From IMG/VR virus record IMGVR_UViG_3300032053_000008: 64,000 nt of DNA. One strand, given 5' to 3'. This DNA is from a virus. This document shows positions 57,216 to 64,000 of the stretch, in pieces (positions within the stretch are counted from its first letter, which is position 1; every line of letters begins with the position of its first letter). Under the pieces are notes generated by a model, which ran no database searches, was not told the DNA's origin, and was given only the letters and a program-made list of their open reading frames with translations. A program made the position numbers and the translations under genes.

Positions 57216-58269
57216 AGATCTTGTCCAAAATCTGATTTTGTAGTTGCTGGTTGTCTCTGATTGCTATAAGGCAATTCTTAGATCCATGCCATTTTTGGTC
57301 ACCAAACTGGTACCAACTCTGGTTTGGCTTTTCAATAACTCCAAAGTTAGTTCCAAGGATAAAGATCTCTTCATACTGGTTAATGATACCTTTTTGGTAA
57401 TCTAAGGTAAACTCAGCTACCCGACCATCTGGACCCATAGAGTTACCATCAACAGTGAATCGGATACGGTGGCCTGTTTTAGTGCCATGATCCAAAAAGT
57501 CCTGTAGTTCTGGGTTACTAAGGGACTCTTCAAGCAGGGTGTTTGAACCTGCTTTACCTACAACCCGCTGAACCTTACAAAAGTATTCAGCAAAGTGTTT
57601 AAGAGCAAACGCACCTGCCATTTTTTCTGTTTTACCGCGTTTCTGTTCTCCCATGTCCAGCTCGGCTCTGGCATGAGTAGTAAGGAACAAAGAGATACGG
57701 CGGCGGCGACAACCTGCCTGGATACGCTTAAGACCGTCTTGCAAAGTGGCTGCAAGGTCACCAATAAGGTGCTGGTTAACAGTGTCTGCGTTTGCCAATT
57801 TACGACCAACAATATTGGTAACTGAATCAATGATAATCATTTTCAGTTTCAAACCTTGGTCAACTGCTGGCCACAGTTCTTTTTCAATACGGTCAAAAAT
57901 CAATTCAGGCTCATTTACGTCAAAAGTGATATGACGCTCTGGATCAATCCCAAACATTACACTAGCATCATCGCTTTGCTGAAGTTCGCCGCGTAATTCC
58001 GTATTAAAGGTAACTGTATAAGCTTCCGTGTCAGCTTTGTGGCATTCACCAATAAATGTATTGCACAAAATTGATTTACCGGACTTTGGAGGTCCCCACA
58101 AGATCATTGAATAACCCAAAGGAAGTCCGTAACCTTTGTTTGCCAAAGCAATGTTAATGCTGGGGGAGTTTGTCCTAAGAACATTTGTAAAGGGATCGTA
58201 AGTTCTGTCAACTGTTCCCATAAGTTTACGTAACTTGTTGAAAACCTTACTAGTATCAACTTCTGCCAT
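57181..58269 (-). CDS. recA: RecA/UvsX recombinase
   Basis: GPPKSGKS, IIDSV, GAFALKH, WYQFG. Confidence 0.85.
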   Translation of the reverse strand: MAEVDTSKVFNKLRKLMGTVDRTYDPFTNVLRTNSPSINIALANKGYGLPLGYSMILWGPPKSGKSILCNTFIGECHKADTEAYTVTFNTELRGELQQSDDASVMFGIDPERHITFDVNEPELIFDRIEKELWPAVDQGLKLKMIIIDSVTNIVGRKLANADTVNQHLIGDLAATLQDGLKRIQAGCRRRRISLFLTTHARAELDMGEQKRGKTEKMAGAFALKHFAEYFCKVQRVVGKAGSNTLLEESLSNPELQDFLDHGTKTGHRIRFTVDGNSMGPDGRVAEFTLDYQKGIINQYEEIFILGTNFGVIEKPNQSWYQFGDQKWHGSKNCLIAIRDNQQLQNQILDKIYEKDAKSLGFI

Positions 58270-58278
58270 AAAAACTCC

Positions 58279-58878
58279 TTAAAATTTGCTTGTACCTACG
58301 GCTATTGTTCCAATAACCGTGACTGATGGTTTTACATAAAACTCATCCTTAAAGACATTTTCTTCAACATTGCCGCTGTTGTGACTGCGGTTGTTGTTGA
58401 CCTTCATAAGGTCTTCCAGGTTAGACCTGCAGTCCCAGTATGCCCGTTCAAGTGTTTTGTTCTTAGCTTCCAAGAAAGATGTAAGAGCATCTAAGTGATT
58501 AGCTATGGTTTGCCAATGCCTATAGTCTGGATCTCTAGCGATATAAGACTCTCGTATATCAGCATTGTCTTTCATGCCAGTTTCTTTAAGAATATCCCTA
58601 AAGTAGACCGGGTATTTATCCAATAAAGCTTCAGCTTTAGCAAACTCAAGTTGTTGCTTGGCTTGCAGGTGCTCATATCGTACTAGAGAAAGGTACCGAC
58701 CAAGATCGGCCATTCCAGCAGCAAACACAGATTTAAGGTCAGCTACGACACCGATGTTCAGCATCTTAACTTCCTGAAGTCTTGACTCTGCCTGGTCAAC
58801 CTTTGTCATATCTAGACGCAACCTTGGTTGATTTGGCGTACCTCTTGGGGCTTCAATGACTTCCTGTGTAATATCCAT
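58279..58878 (-). CDS. UvsY-like recombination mediator
   Basis: Helical; RESYIARDPDY; lies between the SSB and RecA genes. Confidence 0.45.
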   Translation of the reverse strand: MDITQEVIEAPRGTPNQPRLRLDMTKVDQAESRLQEVKMLNIGVVADLKSVFAAGMADLGRYLSLVRYEHLQAKQQLEFAKAEALLDKYPVYFRDILKETGMKDNADIRESYIARDPDYRHWQTIANHLDALTSFLEAKNKTLERAYWDCRSNLEDLMKVNNNRSHNSGNVEENVFKDEFYVKPSVTVIGTIAVGTSKF

Positions 58879-58881
58879 TAC

Positions 58882-59904
58882 TTATCCTTCCATCAACTTA
58901 GTAAAGAAATCGTCAGACATAGAGCTTGCCGTTGGCTGTGCTGCCACTGGAGCAATAGAAGGACTTGATACCCAAGGAGGAGTTTCGGCTGGAGCTGGTG
59001 CCGTATAGGCTGGCTTAACTACTACATCGTTAGATGTTACGACGATAGGACTAACAGCAATAACGTTTGTTCCACCAACTGTTGTTTCAACGGTAGATGT
59101 AACCTTAGTTGACCGGGAAAAGATCTTGTCACATAAAAGCTTCAAATCAGAAGGATTGTTGGCCTTGATACCAGAAACCAAAGCCTGAGCTTCATTAAAG
59201 GTAATGTCGCTGTACAAGGTAGCTAAGTCCTTACCGCCGCCAGCCGCAACCTTGCTCAAAAGTTCTGGTGTAAGGGTATGGTTAACGTAACGTGCAGTAA
59301 ACGTTCCATCTGGGTTCTGGGTTACAGCCTGGTAGAACTCCACAGAATAAGAGGTATTGCGGTCACCCTTAAACGCCTGCGTTTTCTTGAAGTTAAGGAA
59401 CAGACCATTTGTTCCGGTGGCGTCTACGCCGTTTTTGTTATAAAATTCAGTCAAAAGGCTTCTAATAGATTCAAAAAGCTTAAAGCCGACAGGTAACAAT
59501 CCAGGAACGTTACCTTGGTTTACTGCGTTCATGTAAACCTTTTTGTTGGCCTGGAAAGGCTTAATTTGAGCCTCTTCAAAGGCCATCAACTGCTCTTTAG
59601 ATAAAGAACCTTTAACAGATTCAAGCTTAGCTTTTGCTACCGTTTCTGCTGTGCAAAATGGACATTCTTGCAAAATATTTTTGTCACGATCTTTTTTGAG
59701 CATACATTGGAAATGGTATGGTCTTTTGTCGATCCAGATGGTATGAGTGGCGTAGTATTGGTTCCATTTGCCGGTACTAGCATAGCTAAACAAAGGGGGC
59801 AAAATACGATAAACGTTATCTTTGCCTGCTTCAATCTTAAAGTATTCAGACTTAACAAAACTACCGCTATCAAAACTAGATACACCAACTTTCATCTGTT
59901 CCAT
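58882..59904 (-). CDS. gp32-like single-stranded DNA-binding protein
   Basis: YRILPP, H..C..CPFC Zn site, acidic tail DDFFTKLMEG. Confidence 0.75.
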   Translation of the reverse strand: MEQMKVGVSSFDSGSFVKSEYFKIEAGKDNVYRILPPLFSYASTGKWNQYYATHTIWIDKRPYHFQCMLKKDRDKNILQECPFCTAETVAKAKLESVKGSLSKEQLMAFEEAQIKPFQANKKVYMNAVNQGNVPGLLPVGFKLFESIRSLLTEFYNKNGVDATGTNGLFLNFKKTQAFKGDRNTSYSVEFYQAVTQNPDGTFTARYVNHTLTPELLSKVAAGGGKDLATLYSDITFNEAQALVSGIKANNPSDLKLLCDKIFSRSTKVTSTVETTVGGTNVIAVSPIVVTSNDVVVKPAYTAPAPAETPPWVSSPSIAPVAAQPTASSMSDDFFTKLMEG

Positions 59905-59907
59905 AAA

Positions 59908-60642
59908 TCACTCCTCAATGTTGCTTTCTGTTGTAGCCTTGTTTTTGATCTTTGTCAACGTTTCTGATACAAACTCTTTTGTGATCTTCTTTTTACCAAT
60001 ATTAATTGGTCTTGGGTTAGGAAAAAGATTTTCATTTAGACCTAGATCACTGTCAAAATTATAGATAATAACAGGCAGACGGTTGCCATCAAATTCAACG
60101 CTAAGAGCATAGCGGCTAGCTTCGTTTCTAATAGCAATGGTATAAAGTTCATTACCATAAGCCTTAGTAAATTGTTCCCTCATAGCCTCTTTTAGAGGAT
60201 GGCCATACCAATCAGCACTAAGTTGAAGCATATAAGGCAGGCGCTGAATGCCATATAACCGCCTAATAGCATAAATATCGTCAATAGAAGCGTTGTATGC
60301 TGAAGGTGAATACACATCACCAATACGACGATCAATCACGTTTTTGGCTGTTGCATCAGGTAGGGAATAGTAGTTGATACTAAATACCCCAAATTCATTA
60401 GACGCCAATTCAGCAAACTCTTGCGCGTTTTCGCCAATCAATGGAATAGCAAACACGTTTTTGGCGATTTCATCTGTGTATTCTTTTTCAAGGACTGGCA
60501 AAAGGTTCTGGGCACTTCTGATTTGACCCTCCATGCCAGCTCTAATAGACAAAGGGAAAGACAGCAGTTCTTGCTGTGACAATTCCCTGGTTTCTTTGAT
60601 TTTCTTCAATAATTCTCTAGTGCTAGACATATTACACCTCAC
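59908..60642 (-). CDS. Hypothetical protein
   Basis: Operon context in the replication module. Confidence 0.6.
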   Translation of the reverse strand: MRCNMSSTRELLKKIKETRELSQQELLSFPLSIRAGMEGQIRSAQNLLPVLEKEYTDEIAKNVFAIPLIGENAQEFAELASNEFGVFSINYYSLPDATAKNVIDRRIGDVYSPSAYNASIDDIYAIRRLYGIQRLPYMLQLSADWYGHPLKEAMREQFTKAYGNELYTIAIRNEASRYALSVEFDGNRLPVIIYNFDSDLGLNENLFPNPRPINIGKKKITKEFVSETLTKIKNKATTESNIEE

Positions 60643-63600
60643 TGTACATCTGGTTTTTCCGCATCTTCCGGTCGGTAAGTATGCTCTACCGAAGATACAT
60701 TAAGCTTCCCTTTGCGTAAAGTAAATTCAACTACAACTACCATTTTCTTAAAGCCGGTTGGAGCCACGTTTTCTCCCCATGGCGGCCAGTAGATCAACTC
60801 CATAAGAGATCCATTGATGTCGGCTACCAGCCTTGTGAACTGCTTGGTGTTATTTTGGTACTTTTTATAAGTTTCTTCTGTGATATAGGCCAGGGCCCAT
60901 ATCTTTTCTTCGGCGTCTTTGTATTTGTGGGCATTAGACATAAGCTTTTCTATTTGAGGTCCGTCAACAAAAGTCATGGTTTTTTTATATTTATGACCAT
61001 CACTTTCATACTCTTTGGTCCACACCCATAGGTCATTGGATAGATGTTTACCACCTCTAGGCGGCAATATTAAAGTTCTAAGGTCTTCAAAGTAAGTATG
61101 GATAACTGCCTTTTTGGCCAAATATTTGCCAAGTGGTCTATATTCTGAATAAGAGCTGTCTTCTGGCTTTCGTTTTTCTTTCTTTACTTCAGCTTTTGTT
61201 TTTTCAAAAAGCTTGATTTTGTGTTCAATTTCCATGTCTGACTCTGGCATCAAACTGTCCAAAACGCCAGATACAATCAACTTATGAGCAATACCGGAAT
61301 GTACTGCTGACTTTTCAGCTTTTTGGCCTTTAATTTTTTCCTTAAAATGGCATTCAATAAAATGTCTAAAGTCTTTATATGGCTTATTGGCTACCAGTTG
61401 ATGGTAGGCCGCAGGTCCAACTCCAATGATCATTCCCAGTGGAGCTATAAGCTTGTTGTCCTTGATTACAAAATCCTCTTCGCTCAGGTTAATGTCTGGT
61501 AATGTCACGTATTTTTTGACATCTTTCCAGAATTTACTGATAATATCGTCCTTGGTACTATGGGACAGTACACTAGCCCACCATTCAATAGGGAAATGGC
61601 ACTTGAGCCACATGCAAGCATAGGCTACCTGGGCATAAGAGGTAGAATGGGACTTGTTAAAGCTATAGTTTGAGCTAGCTTTGATCTGCTGGACTAGTAG
61701 ATCTACCTGGTGGTCAGACCAGCCCCTTTTCTTACAGCCGTTGTGCAAATCTTTAAGACATTCAACCATCAAAACAGGGTCTTTTTTACCAATAGCTCTT
61801 CGGGCTTTTTCGGTTTCTCCGTCACTGTATCCAACCAAAAGCTTAAAAGCTGAAAGAGTTTGCTCCTGATACAGAGCAATACCAAAAGAGTTACCTGTAA
61901 TCTGTTCCATGTCTGGGTGGATATACCGGACTCTTTCCCCTTGGGCTCGAGCACAATAAACCTCAGCTAGAGTTCTGCCGTCATCATCCAAGGCGTCCAA
62001 GGTACCTGGACGACCAAGAGCCGTGATGTTACTTAACTCTGGTATCGACATCGGCTTGGTCTTTTTGAGCAAAGGCACGACCGTAGCAGAGTCAAACTGG
62101 AACACGCTTACCGTATTTCCTCTGCCAAACTCCTCAAACACCTTTGGGTTATAAGGTAAGTCCCAAGGATTATAGGTTTTGTTGTGCCTTTTTTTGATAA
62201 GGTTAAGACATTCTTCGATATCGTACAAGGTTTTTACACCAAGAAAGTCAAACTTAAGCAAACCTCTTTCTTCAACCCATTTTGGGTTAAATCCAGTGAC
62301 AAGACTTTCACCTTTACCGACCCGGATCAAAGGAACGTATTCCTGTATTGGCTTGTCAGCTATCACCACACCACAAGGATGCTGGGACTTTTGCCTTTGG
62401 ACTCCAAGCATCTGGACCACTGTATCCCAAATGTTCTTGTTGGCTAGGTTTTCAGAGTAAGATTTTAATTCTTCATATTCATTGATAATACCTACACCCT
62501 TTTTGCCGCCAAAGACAAATTCATATTCATTTGATCCTTGAGGGGAAGTGGGCAGCTTTTTACACATATCTTCGGTAGATTTTCTGACTTCACCTAAAAG
62601 AGACCTTTCGGCATCCTTTATAGAAGACTTGATCTTAAGCATCACATCGATACTGATTGGAGCAAAATTGTCCCCATATTTTTTCCTAAGATAGTCCAAA
62701 ACTTCATCTTTCCTGCCAAAGTCCATGTCAACATCCGGCAAGACATTTTCATTGATACGGCCCAGAGTAAGGAAACGTGGCAGGGACAGCCCATAAAGTA
62801 TCGGGTCAGTAGCAGACACACCAAGGACGTAAAGCATCAAGCTGCCGCCAGCAGAGCCCCTAGTGGTCATCAAAATGCCAGCTTCTCGGCAAAAGTTGGC
62901 TATATCCTCTACCGTAAAGAAATAAGGCATTAGGTTCAGTTTACCGTTATTGGTAAATAGATCGATTTCTTCCTTTAGTCTAGCTACATATATAGGATTG
63001 TCCCATTTCATTCTGCCGTGACGGTCGATAGCCAGCTTGAGCTTTTTCATCCAGTCTGGGTCCAATGGAGGTAAAACCCACCGGTCTTTGTTGGTCTTAA
63101 GCTTGAAGCTGTCAAACTTGCTAGCCCAATAATAGCTGTTGTCTACCCACTCTTCGATATCTCTGTCAGATACATCTAAGGTGTGCTTTAGGCATTTAGC
63201 TGCTTCTTGTGTTGTAAGTATATGATATGAGTTAGAAAACTTCCATTGCTCTAGGCCATTACCAAGTTTAGACTCTTGGACCAGTTGCTGTTCTGGGTAA
63301 GCAAAATGGCTATCCAGGCTAATCAAAACTTTGTCGCCGTTTTGCTTAGCTAGGTCAAGCACAAACTGATTGGCCTTTTTTTGTAAGTCACCGTCCGGGA
63401 ACCAAGGTGTACATTCGTTTGGCTTGAAATAGCCTTCAGTAAGCTTTTGCTTAGTGGCTTTGTCGTAAGTAGGTTTCACCCAATCTTTAACGATTTCATG
63501 GGGGAATACTTCAACAAAAAAGTCGTCTTTACCTACTAAGTCTCTTAATAAATAATATGACTTGGTAGCTCTTTCTGGGTAAACTTTGCCAGTTACCCTG

Positions 63601-64000
63601 TCTACCAGTAGGTACTTCTGGACTACCCCCACAAGACAGCTAGAGCACACCGTAATGTGACCAGCAGCTCCAGCTACCTCTTCTAGGGTGGCAATAGGCT
63701 TGGTTTCTCCCCACAACACCACAGCCCTTTGTTCCATTTTGGGAGTTAAGTTGGAAAAGTATTCAAAAGCCCATTCATCTTTGAAGTGAACGGTCAAATG
63801 CACATACATTTCACGCAACTTTTTGCGTATTTTAGGGGTATCTCCTGATGCCTGTATGTATTCTTGGGTGATTTCATCTATAAACGGTGGCTGCATATAC
63901 AGCTCTATCCCAAGGATAGGCTTGATACCTGCCTTCTTAGAAGCTGAATAAAGGTGCATAAGGCTGTTCATGTTGCCATGATCAGTAAGGGCAAGGTAAG
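60639..64000 (-). CDS. dnaE: DNA polymerase III alpha subunit (5' end outside the window)
   Basis: The frame is open to the edge (ALTDHG); GIELY, DSH, RGSAGGSL, PDVDMD, KFDFLG, YSFNKSH. Confidence 0.95.
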   Translation of the reverse strand, partial: YLALTDHGNMNSLMHLYSASKKAGIKPILGIELYMQPPFIDEITQEYIQASGDTPKIRKKLREMYVHLTVHFKDEWAFEYFSNLTPKMEQRAVVLWGETKPIATLEEVAGAAGHITVCSSCLVGVVQKYLLVDRVTGKVYPERATKSYYLLRDLVGKDDFFVEVFPHEIVKDWVKPTYDKATKQKLTEGYFKPNECTPWFPDGDLQKKANQFVLDLAKQNGDKVLISLDSHFAYPEQQLVQESKLGNGLEQWKFSNSYHILTTQEAAKCLKHTLDVSDRDIEEWVDNSYYWASKFDSFKLKTNKDRWVLPPLDPDWMKKLKLAIDRHGRMKWDNPIYVARLKEEIDLFTNNGKLNLMPYFFTVEDIANFCREAGILMTTRGSAGGSLMLYVLGVSATDPILYGLSLPRFLTLGRINENVLPDVDMDFGRKDEVLDYLRKKYGDNFAPISIDVMLKIKSSIKDAERSLLGEVRKSTEDMCKKLPTSPQGSNEYEFVFGGKKGVGIINEYEELKSYSENLANKNIWDTVVQMLGVQRQKSQHPCGVVIADKPIQEYVPLIRVGKGESLVTGFNPKWVEERGLLKFDFLGVKTLYDIEECLNLIKKRHNKTYNPWDLPYNPKVFEEFGRGNTVSVFQFDSATVVPLLKKTKPMSIPELSNITALGRPGTLDALDDDGRTLAEVYCARAQGERVRYIHPDMEQITGNSFGIALYQEQTLSAFKLLVGYSDGETEKARRAIGKKDPVLMVECLKDLHNGCKKRGWSDHQVDLLVQQIKASSNYSFNKSHSTSYAQVAYACMWLKCHFPIEWWASVLSHSTKDDIISKFWKDVKKYVTLPDINLSEEDFVIKDNKLIAPLGMIIGVGPAAYHQLVANKPYKDFRHFIECHFKEKIKGQKAEKSAVHSGIAHKLIVSGVLDSLMPESDMEIEHKIKLFEKTKAEVKKEKRKPEDSSYSEYRPLGKYLAKKAVIHTYFEDLRTLILPPRGGKHLSNDLWVWTKEYESDGHKYKKTMTFVDGPQIEKLMSNAHKYKDAEEKIWALAYITEETYKKYQNNTKQFTRLVADINGSLMELIYWPPWGENVAPTGFKKMVVVVEFTLRKGKLNVSSVEHTYRPEDAEKPDVQ

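Noticed and set aside
59908-60642. Possible degenerate nucleotide-kinase fold
   Set aside because: No Walker A motif; the resemblance is too weak to call.
6-63971. The many 60-165-aa ORFs nested in or antisense to long minus-strand genes (e.g. 2025..2432, 17972..18439, 26759..27175, 46198..46689)
   Set aside because: Fully overlapped by well-supported genes, with shadow-like composition and no recognisable motifs.
1-64000. CRISPR arrays, tRNA/rRNA genes, integrase or IS elements, reverse transcriptase/DGR, inteins or introns
   Set aside because: None recognised by eye; terL, nrdJ, helicase and dnaE look uninterrupted. tRNAscan and Infernal were not run.
1-64000. Stop-codon recoding
   Set aside because: Core genes are full length in the standard code and TAA, TAG and TGA all end genes.

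Overview
The whole window is part of a large, low-GC tailed-phage genome with a contractile tail, standard genetic code and very high coding density. Almost all genes are on the minus strand. Reading right to left: a replication/recombination module (DnaE-type polymerase cut by the window edge, gp32-like SSB, UvsY-like protein, RecA, primase, DnaB helicase, GroES-like protein, Mre11/SbcD nuclease); packaging and head genes (terminase, portal, MuF-like protein, prohead protease, a 1929-aa protein, scaffold, SPO1/Herelleviridae-like major capsid); two tandem ClpP genes; neck genes mixed with unusual effector-like proteins; sheath and tube; class II RNR with an HNH nuclease; three mosaic fibre proteins; tail chaperones and the start of a probable tape measure gene. 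Two things stand out. (1) An apparent capsid-packaged, protease-processed effector system: an 886-aa polyprotein reads as ART-like / HEAT / GNAT / mCpol-like / GNAT / ART-like, with domains separated by K[S/A]E(DLEKG) motifs that recur in the scaffold, portal and other head-cluster proteins. The cluster also holds a second mCpol-like protein, a PI4K/HipA-like kinase, and a prohead protease carrying a copy of the capsid N-terminal arm plus a pseudokinase. (2) Three small plus-strand islands are each preceded by a consensus or near-consensus sigma-28 (FliA) promoter, alongside a sigma-70 promoter hidden in a terminator and a recurring AATCTT element that may be the late promoter. A flagellated, possibly Bdellovibrionota-like, host is inferred. 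All domain calls come from reading motifs by eye; no searches were run.
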